A stretch of DNA of 64,000 bases from Syncephalis fuscata S228 (lineage: Eukaryota > Fungi > Zoopagomycota), in NCBI GenBank assembly GCA_025786725.1, contig JAHLTZ010000041.1:116744-180743 (forward strand), written 5' to 3'. The notes under the pieces are model-generated. The model did no database searches. It saw only the letters and a program-made list of their open reading frames with translations, and was not told where the DNA came from. Shown piece by piece: positions 40,249 through 55,703 of the stretch (position 1 is its first letter; each line of letters starts with the position of its first letter). Made by a program: the position numbers and the translations under genes.

Positions 40249-40926
40249 AGTGGTATAGTAAAAAAACTGGCTATAACCACTGCTATATCCAACGGCCTAT
40301 TGTTTACAAGTAGAATAAAACAGCAGTTGTTGTTGTAAGATGACGAGAGTTAAAGGAAAGAAACATATGGATGCCAAGATGGACTGTGATCAGTGCATGG
40401 ATTTAAATGATGTGATCACACGCACACAATTGAATGTCCATGCTGTTACTTGACTACAATACTATAAATAATAAATGATTATATTTACTTTAAACCCCCA
40501 AGACAGCAAATCTTTTTACGCAATCAATTGTAACGATTTAAATAGTTGACGAGTTGATTATATTGACTTGTGTTTAAATGATCATTTACAATAAACATTA
40601 ATGTAATATAATAACATAATTATTTCCATAAAATAGAATTGAATGTAACAGAACATTGTATTAGTAATAATATTATGCATTTAAATACATATGTAACATA
40701 CTATTTGGTTTTATTGATACATTTACTAAAGACTAATTATATTAGATACTAGCTAATAATAATAATAATACTAGAATGATGATTACTAATAGAATAAAAC
40801 AGTTGAATTTAATTAGACCCGACTTTTGAGCCTGCTTTCTAATTTATCTATAGATTATAGTACTTGTGGTAAATAAGACGCGTTGTTATTTCAATCTATC
40901 CTGCTACTTCTTCCTCTTCTTTTACC

Positions 40927-42281
40927 ATGACGACACCTACAAAGTTCTCATTGCTAGAGCTAATTCGACGCAGCGATTGTTTTCCTTATTCGCGTGTTGA
41001 AGCAGAGAAACAATATGGCCGTCTACTTCCGCTACTCGTTGATGGACACGTTGTCGGCTTATTATCCCTGCCGTTTTGACCGCCCTAGCAGAAGATGCTG
41101 GCCATGCGTTTGTTATCACCGATAAACATGTGGCATTTACGCCCGCTTATAATTCAATGGAAACGCGTTCAAAAGTAGTAGCTGAACTAATGGATACATG
41201 GCGTAAAAATGATCGCTTTCCTGCTTTACAGGTAAGTGTCAATCGATAAATAACGAGTAAACATCCATACCATTTACTCTGTTATACCACATAATTAATA
41301 TATATATATATATAGGTTGGCGTAACGAGCTATACGCTGCCTACAAGACTGAAAGAAGCGCTGTTGGTGATAGTAGTTCTACGGCATTTGTTGTTGAGCG
41401 TTCGGGTGCTGTGCTCTTTGGTATACTGACCTTTGGTGTCCATTTGAATCTATACACCAAATGCAAAGAGACTGGCCGTATTCATATGTGGATTGCTCAG
41501 CGTAGTTCCACCAAGCCTACATGGCCTGGCTGTCTGGATAATGCAGTAAGTAACTAGCCTATTTACACACCTATCATAAAATGTACACTAATATCTACTG
41601 GATATTTAGGTGGCTGGCGGTGTTGCTTTCGGTGACAGTATTCATAAAACCGCCATTAAAGAATGCTCGGAAGAAGCGAATCTATGTGAGGCCGATGCTC
41701 GCAAGGTATATCATCTATTTAATGCATTAATACACTATACTAATCATATCAATACAGGCCCAACCTGCTGGTGCCATCTCCTACTTTACGGTTACCGAGT
41801 TGGGCATTGCGCCCGAAGTACAATATATTTACGATCTTGAATTAACAGATGATGTAAAACTTGTCCCAAATGACGGTGAAGTCGATCACTTTTATTTATG
41901 GGACATGGATGAGGTAAATAGCCACCAACTAATAACAATAACATATCATTTAATATTCATTATTTATTACTGTATATCAAGGTTCGATTAAATATGGAAG
42001 CCGACAAATTTAAACCAAATTGTGGCATGGGTAAGTAATCTATAGCTGCCCATATTAAATACATAGATGATTTGTAAATTAATATATGCACCTACACACA
42101 TATACACACACATATATATATGTATATATATATACACATATATTATGCATGGTGATACGCATGGTTAGTGGCCATCGATTTCATGTTGCGTCATGGCATT
42201 ATCAATGAGACAGAGACCGGCTACTTGGAAATGCAACAAAGATTACACCGACGCTTAGTTCTAGATGACTATTTAATGTAA
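40927..42281 (+). CDS. Nudix hydrolase (YJR142W/NUDT20-like)
   Basis: GWRNELYA; ERSGAVLFGILTFGVHLN; MWIAQRSSTKPTWPGCLDNA/VAGG...KECSEEANL; YDLEL; PNDGEVDHFYL; FKPNCG. Confidence 0.88.
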
Positions 42282-42308
42282 CGGCTAACCATTAAATAGA
42301 TCAATAAA

Positions 42309-43360
42309 CTATGACGGTTTGCCCCAACGTTCTGCTTGTTGCACTGAAAATAAACGCCATTCATGCCAGGCAATAGCTTGTAGTAAACAGTCGCTTAAAT
42401 CGTCTTTTTTAGAACTATCTGCATAATGTTGTCGAAGACGTGGTGGACATTTTAACAATTCTTCATGATTTAACAGGGCTTTTACCAATGTAACAGCGTT
42501 CGTTTTCTTTTCTTTAGCTTTACGCTTCGTTTTAGTCGTTTTCTTTCTCTTTTTAGTTTTAGTCACCGTATCCGTTGTATCTTCAATATCTTCTCGGTCA
42601 AAAGCTTTAGGAAAATGACGTGCCACCCGTGTAGGATAGATACTTTCTACGGGCAGTCCCTTTTTGTTCAACAGTGCATGCAATAATGCCTCAACAACAT
42701 TACCACGTAATACTGGTTCTGGAATAATTTTTAAACCCATACTACGGAATCGTTGTTTCTCCACTAAACATGTACCAATATCTAGATGATGCGGTAGTTG
42801 ATCTACAAATTGACTGACTGCCATGGCATAGATATTTGGTTCATAGGTATTGTCGACACCAATATTGGTCAGTTTCCAATCAAGTACTTCAAGCCATGGA
42901 CTGACCACAGCATAGGCAATATTACGATAGCCAACATCAATAGATAGAACGGGTCGGCTCAATATATCCCTATCTTGAGTTAACACTGTATTGAAATGTT
43001 CGTGTAATCGTTCTATTTGTTCACTCTTATTACCACCCGTGGCAATACCACAGCGTTCAAGTATCTCTGCCAAATCTTGTTGGCGAAGCTGTTTTAAACT
43101 AAACTCATTATTATTATTATTAAACAGATCGACGTTTAATGACACGTCGCTTACCTGGTTATCCCTTTGTCAGTGCTATAGTAGCGACAAACGGTAGTAT
43201 TGGTATATAATGGGTATGTAATTGGACGTGAATAGGAATAAAGGCGAGTACATAGTCTATGCATATCAATAGTGGTACCACTAGTTGTAGTAGTAGTAGT
43301 AGTTGTTGTTGTTGTTGTAGCAATATAGTCTTGGAATCTCAAACGTCGTATATGGAACAT
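42309..43360 (-). CDS. CCE1: Mitochondrial cruciform-cutting (Holliday junction) resolvase Cce1/Ydc2
   Basis: SAP domain (LAEILERCGIATGGNKSEQIERL); LSIDVGYRNIAY; LVEKQRFRS; KKDDLSDCLLQA. The upstream exon MFHIRRLRFQ... (putative presequence) is tentative. Confidence 0.85.
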
Positions 43361-43632
43361 TAGCAATAAAGGTAAATAATAACGTAAAAATAAATAAAAT
43401 ATCAATAAAATTGTATTATTGTTATTATTGTCGTAATTCATTATTTAATGCTATTACAAGTATTATATGTAAACATAAACATATGCGATCAATATTCATT
43501 ATATATAACTGTCACTTTATAAAATATTATAAGCTGTAGATGAACCGTGTATATATGTTGGTTGCTATTTATTTACGGCATCCAACTACTTTCAATAGGA
43601 TGCTTATCAAATGATCATAACTAATATCAGTC

Positions 43633-44731
43633 CTAATCCTATTGTAAATAGTTAGTCAGTGGTTATAATATCAATTAATATAATACATACCTGGCGCATC
43701 TTTAATGTGCGTGTAATAACCGTATCCGGTGTACTACAATCATAGTATAACATATTAATAAACATGTATATATATATTATATTATATTATATTATATTAT
43801 ATTATATTATTATAATAACTGTTCTTACATAACATGAACGACTGCACCCCAACCACTTAATGGATCACGATCGACAGCATTGATCAAAGCTTGTGATATC
43901 GTTTCAAATAAATCCTCTGGTTCCTATTATTAACATAAATGTTAATATAAATATTTAACAAACTAGTTCTATATCTATATGAATATCCTACTACTTACAA
44001 GATCTGGTTCCCATAATGATTCGCACATGCCGTATAGATTGGGCGACGATGTACCGCAGACAACAAAGTCTTTCGCAAAGTTAATACAGCCAATCAAGTC
44101 CATGGCACAGATAAATGGCTTATTCTTATTATCAAGACCTGCAACGACGGGTTCGGTAAAATAAGGACCAAATCTATGAAAATAATACATATAATTAGAT
44201 ATATATATATATATATATAATTAGATGAAATGTTCACTTTATCCTACTATTACTAGCCATATGCTGTAATATAGCTAGTTCAATCACTTACCGTTTCTCA
44301 TACAGGGTCGATGAAAGCATATGAGCGAATGTTTTGGGCTGGATAGTGCGTTCCTCGCGCATCTTGTACATATTGACTTTGAAGCGTAAGAGTTCCGACC
44401 TACAACAAGTTTCTCCGTTAATAGGCGGTCTTTAACAAGTCTTTAAACGATTGTTCGTTCGTTCGTTCGTTCGTTTGTTAGCACCTACATCGTTTGTACA
44501 TCGGTGGCTAGACCGGCCAGGCCGTAGTAGGTGCGGTCCGTTGCTGGAAAGACCTTTGGAAACTCGGTTGATAGCGTCATGGCTTGTTGGCCGAGACGTT
44601 TATCTGTAGCGATGGCCACGCAATCCTTTCCTACCATTGCGACTAGACAGCCGCCATTATAGTGCATGATAGACTGTAGAACGATGATGCACTTAGCTAT
44701 AGTAGTATAGCTGGTTGTGATCACTCACCAT
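43633..44731 (-). CDS. PUP3: 20S proteasome subunit beta-3
   Basis: [31 protein letters not shown]; [11 protein letters not shown]; [14 protein letters not shown]; [14 protein letters not shown]; RTLKMRQ/D*. Confidence 0.95.
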
Positions 44732-45039
44732 TTTGTGTGGTTCAGTAAGTTAACAACAATCCAAAAACGATGAGTCAATATAAGATGCCAATCAGAATAA
44801 AATAAGAAGCAACTGCTGCACACGTCATCTGTCTTGTGTTAATACACTAACGCATACAATTATTATAAATACACCATTTTACAACTGTTATTATTAATAT
44901 ATTGACACTTTGGCTTAACTAACTGTCTATACTCAGTGGACAATAGGTACAAGTACGGCTGTTTAAAGTTATTTTATTATTCACGACTATGTATAACTAT
45001 GGTTGGTTGGTTGATTCGACTCTAATAATCATAGTTGGG

Positions 45040-45320
45040 CTATTTCTTTCCAAGCTAGTATATATGCATATTAATAAACCGTTAATTAGTCGATGTAGAC
45101 TTACAGAACGTCGCATACAGTCTTTAAAGCTTTGGAATTCAGACGCGCATGCATCGCGATGAATATTCTGGTAGGTATTGACGATACACTGTCCATATTT
45201 CGTCGCCTATGAGAGTCAATAGACTGTAACCAAAAGTCCAACAAGACTTACCTGTACCGTGCACTGAGCCATACCTTGCTCAATCTTGGTAATATTAGAC
45301 ACAAGCTTATTGCCTTTCAT
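45040..45320 (-). CDS. Small twin-CX9C protein, NDUFAF8-like (3 exons, absent from the ORF track)
   Basis: MKGNKLVSNITKIEQGMAQCTVQ/ATKYGQCIVNTYQNIHRDACASEFQSFKDCMRRS/LGKK* has two CX9C motifs and canonical splice sites. Confidence 0.75.
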
Positions 45321-45390
45321 ATTCTACTTTTGCTATTACCAAATAGTAGTATAGTAGTAGTAGTAGTAGTAGTAGTAGTTAAAGGAGTAG

Positions 45391-47731
<2,341 letters not shown>

Positions 47732-47949
47732 AAATGTTTAATAAATACTAGATACTGTTACACTGTAATATAATCATCAACTAAAAGTCTATTAGTCTAT
47801 TTAAAACTGTAGTCAATGTAAAATTAATTAAATAGTCAAAAAATAGTACCCTTTCATCATTCGTAGATTGATTGGATGACATTTATACCAATAACATAAC
47901 ATGACCACAATTGTACCCAAAGTGACGTACATATTATTCGTTTTCCATC

Positions 47950-50900
47950 ATGACAGAAATCTCACCTCTAAGTCCTCCGATACTGCGAGGTTTGCAGGAC
48001 AAGGTCTACGAGAGACGGAAGGTGGCGGCCATTGAAGTGGAAAAGTGTGTAGGCACCCGCGAGTGTGTATCCAACTATATAGACCGCGACTAATATCTAC
48101 ATGTCTATCGCTCCTTCTACAGGTTAATACGCCAACTCGTTGAAACTAAAGACTATGAACGGATTACGCTTGTCATTCGCTGTCTTACCGATGATTACAC
48201 GCTTAGTCTACTGCCTAATGTGCGAAACGGTGGTGCCATTGGTTTAGCAGCCGTGGCTATTGGTTTAGGCACAGTAAGTAGTTGGACCGTGATTCAATAG
48301 TATAGCCTATAAGTGTTTAATATCAATGTATATAATACGCCAGGATGTCAACAATTACTTGAATGTGCTAATACCACCCATTACGCCACTATTTACCTCT
48401 GAGGATAGTAGTGTTCGATTCTGTGCCTGTGAAGCTATGTACAATATTGCTAATGTGGCCAAGGCAGGCATTCTTCGCTTCTTCACCGAAATATTTGATG
48501 GATTAAGTAAAGTGAGTTCAACACACTAGTTATAATGACAGTCGATTAATATAAATTGACATTACTAGTTGGTGGCTGATCCAGATAAGCAAGTGATCAA
48601 AGGAGCCAGCCATTTAAATATGTTGATTAAGAATATTGTTGCTGAACACACATCAGTACGCATGCCCGCCACTGATGAAGATGAAGATTTACAATTATCA
48701 GCGGCCCAAGAATCATTACAACAACAACAGGGTGGATTGAACTCGACCAGTTTCCTACGACCATTTACTTTAACTAAGTTTATACCGGTACTGGCGGAGC
48801 GTATGCATATCTCTAATGAGCATGTGCGCATGTTTCTTGTGCAATGGCTTACCGTACTTAATTCGGTGCCTGATCTAGAACTGGTGTTCTATTTACCGGC
48901 ATTTCTAAACGAGTTGGTCAAATTCCTTAGTGATCGTAATCAAGAAATACGTACAGCCACTGCACTGCTACTGGCAGAGTTTCTACAAGAGATACGGGAT
49001 ATTGCTATACTACGTAACGAACAACAAGCCAAAGCAAACGAAAGTGTTGTCGATTTGTCGAATTCACTCGATGATGTTGGCCATAGCAGCGGTATGTTGG
49101 GTGACCGTGAAAGTGCACCCATGGCAGGAGCATGGACACCTGGACAAGGCATAGAAATCAACTATACGCAAATTATAAAGATTTTACAGCCACATTTAAT
49201 TTCCACAGGTAATTATTTATTAATAATTATATGGACACCAACACTAATACGATGAATAGATGAAGAAATTCAACTAACAGCTATTCGTTGGTTAAATGAA
49301 TTTATGCATATTGCACAAAGTGTAATTGTGCCATTTACACCAGAACTTTTACGGGCCATTTTACCTAGTCTATCACATCAAAGATCTGATATTAGGTATG
49401 TTTATATGCTTATACGAGTTAATAGAATATTGATGAATTCACTCATCCATAAGAGAAATAGCCACACGGGCCAATCGTAATTTATTTAAACTTATCCAGC
49501 ATATTGATATTCCACAACGTAAGCAATGATATAATTGTATAGTATACCATCTATATTGATATATCAATCGGTATTACTGTTATAATAATGATAATATAGA
49601 GCCACGAGGTGGATCTACTGTTAGTTCTAATGGCACAGCTGGTCCATCAACTACCGCATCTGATGATGGTACAAATCAAGCAAATGACAGTGAAGCCGAT
49701 ACAGGCGATGTATCCCAAGATGTTAATGATCCAAATAATTCTCTATTAGAGCTGAATGATAAGAAACAGGATCCATTTGATTATCATGCAACTGTATCTG
49801 CACTGACCTTTCAGTTTATTAATGAACATGAAACAACTCGTGTTGAAAGTTTGGAATGGCTACTTATGTTACAGCGCAAGGCACCGCATAAGGTAATGAC
49901 AAAGAAGTGGCTATTATCAGCGATTGCTAATTGTATATAACACGTTAATAGATTCTAGCTACAGATGATGGATTATTCCCAGTATTATTGAAAACACTAT
50001 CTGATTCATCGGAAAGAGTAAGTCTAGTTGTATTAGGGCGATGACAGTCATTTATACTACATGATAGGTTATTCAACGGGATCTACAGTTATTGGCACAA
50101 TTCTCTGCCTATTCTGACGATACGTATTTCCGTGAATTTATGGTACATCTACTTCGTCTATTTAGCAGTGATCGACCCATGCTTGAAAATAGAGGCAGTC
50201 TTATTATCCGTCAGTTATGTCTAAGTCTCAATCCAGAACGAATCTATTTGGCATTTGCCGAAACACTAGAGATGGAAGAGGTGAGTAAAACGAGCAAGCA
50301 TTAGAGTGTAGTAAAATAAACCATTGATTGTAGGATCTTGAATTTGCCAGTATTATGGTACAGAATTTGAATATTATTCTTATTACATCGCCAGAAGCGG
50401 CCGAGTTACGTAAACGGCTAAAGAGAATGGAGATTAAGGTAAATATTGATGATGAGTATAGAGTGGCGTGTATTAAATACGCAAATCTATTAGGAAAATC
50501 AAATACTTTTTGTTGCTCTATATCGATCATGGTGCCATAATGCAGTGGCTACATTCTCGCTCTGTTTACTTGCTCAGACTTATGAACATGCAGCAAATAT
50601 GTTACAAATATTGTAAGTTTATTAAATAGCTGATTGATCTGTATTTGACCACTATATATCTATTACATTTGTTAAATAGTGCTGAATTGGATATATCAGT
50701 CAATTTCTTAATCCAATTGGATAAATTGGTTCAATTACTTGAATCACCGGTATTTACATGTAAGCAATACTAGAATCAATTAAATACGACTCTTATATTT
50801 ATTATTTGATTTAGACTTGCGTCTTCAATTGCTTGAATCGGAACGACATCCCTTCTTGTTCAAGTGTCTGTATGGCATTTTAATGTTACTGCCACAGAGT

Positions 50901-51521
50901 AGTGCATTTGCTATTCTACGTAATCGACTCAATAGCGTGGGTCCATTTAATATATCATCTGCTGCAAATAAAAGGTACTGTATCCATGATGGAGTGCCGG
51001 CTATACTTTATTAATACAATTTAATATACAGCCCGACCGATTTAATGAAGCGACAGAAACCATCGAGTGACAGTACACTGCGATTCGGTGAACTATTAAG
51101 TCATTTCCGCACAGTACAGATGAAGCACGAAGAAGCCATGAATCATGGTAAGTAGCCATATCAAATAGAATGATGATCATAGGTGTATTAATTGCATTGA
51201 TACTAATATAATAATAATGCTGATGGTAATGGTGTAGGTACTCATGGTGGCGGTATAAGTGGTAATGGTGTGGGTGGCGGCAGTGGTGGAGCATCGACAA
51301 AGCCACTGCCTTCTTCGCAGAATCGACGTCGAACGAGAGCACCGTCAACATCTCAAGCAAGTCGTACCATTAATATTAGTAATGATTTGGACAGATCACG
51401 TCACATGCAAAGTAGTGGATCGATCGGTGGTGCACGAGGTGCCGGTGCTGCATCGCCTACTGGATCACGGCCAGTTCGACGTATTGGTGGCAGTGCTAGT
51501 GGCAGTACTAGTCGTCGTTAA
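47950..51521 (+). CDS. VAC14: Vac14 scaffold of the Fab1/PIKfyve complex
   Basis: [18 protein letters not shown]; [11 protein letters not shown]; [22 protein letters not shown]; [14 protein letters not shown]; LESPVFT; [22 protein letters not shown]. Confidence 0.95.
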
Positions 51522-51862
51522 CTAATGCTTCATAACACCAACCATCTTTCTCTGTCTAATTAATAAAGTATTGTTGTGATATTTGTGGTCTTTGTATTAT
51601 TGATCAGAATGATAGTATTAATAAACATTGTCTATACACAATAAAATGTAGTTTACAACTTTTCTATAGTTTATTTAGTTGATCGAACTATTTGATAATA
51701 ATAATACTAATGGCATTGCTGCTAAATAATTACTAAAATGATGTTTAATTAATCCATTTTGTGTAGATATAATAAATGTTGCTACACTTTCCTACTAGCT
51801 ATCATTATAGTGTATTTACTTATACGATAAAATGAAATGTATTAAGAATTGAATGCTGATTC

Positions 51863-53060
51863 TCATTTACAAGGTGCCGGTTCAGCTATAATGCCTTCTT
51901 CAATGCTACGACCACACTCGGGCACCTCGCTATTTGATTCATCAATAGGACGTGTACTAGGCTCAGCCACGTTGTCTTCTTTGTGTTTCAGCTCGTCGAG
52001 ACGTTTAGCAGGAATACGTGGAGAGAATGGCCGATGGCAATTATGGCTGGCCAGACTTGGATAGTATTGACGATAAGCGAAATAGGCCATGCCAAACCCA
52101 ACAATACCGCCTACAAGCACATCTTGCCAATGATGACGATAATCGCAAATACGTGAGATGCCAATGAGTGCTGCACCAATAAGCGGTATCACACAGATAA
52201 GCGGTTTAAAGACAAAGCCACGTTCATCGAAAATGTGCAGTTTGCCGGCCATATAAAGTGAAAGAAAACCAAGACCAGCAAAGCTAGCTATTATATATAT
52301 GTATATATATATAGTATTATTAGTATTTAAAGCATAGCAGATAGTAATGTGTATGCATCTACTTACTCGATGTATGGCCTGACATAAAACTGCGCATTGC
52401 ATCCAATTTAATGCCTTTGTCAGTCCACGTGCAGACATCGATGGTGCTAAGCCAAAGGGCGGATCATCTTTGACATTAGGCTTGCATCGGTCAAGAAAAT
52501 CTGGACGTGGTCTGCCCACTGTAATCTATTCAATCAAAAGCACCACTGATTAGCATAATCGACTATCCAACTATTAAATATCTAATTACCTTGGCCACTT
52601 CAGTGAAGATAGTGGTGAGTGTAAATGTTAATAGCATGCCTATAGTCAAGAGGCATTAGTTCACAGTGTTACCGGTAGCGTTGTACAGTCGTGTGTGCAC
52701 TACTTACCCAAAATGCTCTGATGCATATCAAATAGGCCACGGCGAGTCGATAGGTTGATGCCAACGACGAGTATCAAAGGCACGACAATAGCAATCACCT
52801 GGAGGCACATACATCATTAATGTGGGGTCATTTCACCAGCAAATATGTATACCAATACTTACAATAGCTTCGCCGTAGGTAATCGTTTCACGCACGGCAT
52901 AGGGAAAGCTGATAGTAACGTCGTGAACCGAGAAGTGACGCCTAAATGGCTGGACAAGCTCGAGACAGAGAGTACCGATTAAACAGATCACACAGAGCGA
53001 CCAGTCAATCAAATACGTCGGCCATAACTGGCGGAAACGGTCAGCTTGAAATTTCACCAT
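51863..53060 (-). CDS. PAP2-family lipid phosphate phosphatase (Dpp1/Lpp1-like)
   Basis: K/ITVGRPRPDFLDRC; SFMSGHTS (after a frameshift near 52448); SRICDYRHHWQDVLVG. Confidence 0.9.
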
Positions 53061-53385
53061 AATAAACTACTATTACTACTGCAACAGCGACGACTAAATG
53101 TAATTCAAATAAAAGGTGTATTTTCTGGTCTGTCGGTGTGTCTCGGCTGTCCTTAGGATATATGCAGAAAAAACGAGAAAACGAACAAAGGTGTTTCATT
53201 CCAGTGTCAAAAAGGAGCGACATTAATAACAACAGCCTCAATAAAAGTCTGGCTACCACTAAAAATAAAAGATGGTCACGCTATTGGTCATGATCCAAAG
53301 GTAACATTACTTAATGTGGATAGTTAATTAACGCTGTTGTCTATAGTCGGATTAGTTAATAAAAGTTTATTACAGCAAACAGCAA

Positions 53386-55407
53386 TCAGCGCTTTCCTCC
53401 TGGACTTGACTGACGCTTCATTAGATTCATCTTCTGTTTAATACGCTTCAATGGGTCCTTGTTCTAAATGTTTTATGAGTATCAGCCATTTGGCTAGTGT
53501 TCATTGTCTTATAATCAACGCACCTTGGCGTTTGCTGATGCCAAGTGTACATTTTGGTCGGGTAGAGGCATCACCTCAAAGGTTGGCAAATACGTGGAGG
53601 GAATGTGGGCCCGAGCCGAGGCCACAGCACTGCCCCGTGACGACGTGTCTACTGCATCAGCTTGTCTACTCACAATAAGCATTAGTATGGCACATGTTTG
53701 GCTATTTGCCTTTTATATCCTTTGCTTACCGTCGCTGACTACCGGCATTATTGGACGAAAATAGAAAAGAGGATGTGGAAGATGCTTTATTGCCACCAGA
53801 CGATCCAGATGATCTTGGTCGAGGACTATATGACCCATAGTATCAATGTTACTTGTCTATAATCAACTATTAGTAGTATTGCAACTTACGACATAGCTCG
53901 TTCATCCATTGAAGTAGTCGGTAATCGTTTTGTGCGATAATCGTCGCTTAATCCTAAAATAGGACGACTCCATTTATCTATTATATCGTATTATTGTTAT
54001 TATTGTTATCAATTACAAAACAATCATTATCATCAACCTACTAATAAGTCGGTCAGCCAGTCGTTGAATGGGTGCTTGAACCTTTTTGTTTTTTACGTAA
54101 AACAAAGTAACACGACCAACACCTGATTCTCTTAAATGATCAGTACTAATCGGTAACTAAATACAATAAATACGATTAACATAACGGAATAAATGGCAAT
54201 AAATCCATTATGTTACTTACATCATCGAGGATCTTAAACATCGCTTCTTGAATGTCTAATGGTGGCAAGGATCGATCGGCAAATGGCTCAAGCCACACAC
54301 GAATAGCCTCAAGAATATTGGCATCCATAAATGCATCATGCATATCAACTCTATAAACACATTATTAATACGTGATTATTGTCAATCTACAATCGGCATA
54401 ATTACTTGTTCATAGACAGCACTACTTGTTCCAAAAGCATAAGTTTGGCAAAGCCTGGCTGTTCATTGGCATGACTGTCCAAATCTTGTAGTGCTGCCTT
54501 TTGCATTGCTCGTTTCAATGCACTTGCTTGATCATCCATACGAGTGACCTCATCCTATACAGTAGCATATTGTTTAGTGTACCATCTAATCTATTGTTTA
54601 TATTTACCAAGTCTCCATCCTTTCGTCGCCGCTTTGAACGGGAAGTGGATCCTTTAATATCCTTCATAACAGAATCCATAAAATCTTTAGCAGCACTGCT
54701 TTTTGCTTTACAAGTATTAATATTAATATTAATATACATGTTAGATATAAATGCCATTTCAATGCTTACATTTGCCTCCTTGATAATCTTTATTATGTCC
54801 GACCTTCTTTATACATGAATTATACACTGCCGTTCAATTGATACTAACAAATAACTTACTCTTCATTATCTTGTCGTTGTTGTCCATCTGTTGTTGTATA
54901 CTCTCTACCTTCACCGTCGATCCGATCTTGTCCCTCTTCATTATCGAGTACATCGAGTGCATGGTGGTCGCGTTTCTTAAATCGTGGCAGTGTAAACTCA
55001 TAAGCCGGTGCTGCCGATCCACTTTTGCTCCCATCAACGTTGGCAGAAGTAGGGGCATTTGCCGCGTGTTTCTGTCCTCCCTCTAATTCATATCACGCTC
55101 TATTAAGTACTTATACGCTATACTGCCCTGTAGTTTTATTTACCATCATCGGAATCGGGTAGTTCTTCTAGATCTGAGAATTCATCATCTAATCCTTCAG
55201 CACCAAAAATATCCTCTACAGCGATCTATCAAGATGCGATGAATATACAAAAGAAGCGGTCAAGCCTAGTCATCGCTTTAGTTTACCTGGTTTGCTGGGT
55301 CATCTTGTGCCAATTCTCCATTGTTCTAACAGCAATGTTTACTATTGCTTATTACAGTCATTCTACGCATGACTACCTACCTTGTTTGTTTCTAGCTGTT
55401 CCGACAT
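53386..55407 (-). CDS. IWS1: Transcription elongation factor Iws1/Spn1
   Basis: Acidic N-terminus; NILEAIRVWLEPFADRSLPPLDIQ; LRESGVGRVTLFY; KWSRPILG. Confidence 0.88.
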
Positions 55408-55703
55408 AGCGTATTATTCTTGTGGCTATCAGCAAGGATATGTTTACTGTAATCGATTATCGGTTATGCTAGCGGGAAAAGGTGTGAAACATAGATAAAT
55501 AGTCAAATAATCGTACTTGTTGCACTGCAATATAACAATGACGAGTAATTAATTAGGTGCAAATGTGATCATTAGTAAATTCAATATTTATATTAAAAGT
55601 GTTGCAAATAGCTAATACTTAATATTTTATTGCACAATGTCATAAACAAAAGAAAAATAAACACGCAGTTATCAAAAGAGTAAAATATCCCTTAGTACAA
55701 AAT

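Noticed and set aside
43770-45380. Microsatellites (ATTAT)n, (TTCG)n and (TAG)n
   Set aside because: These are ordinary simple repeats in introns and intergenic DNA.
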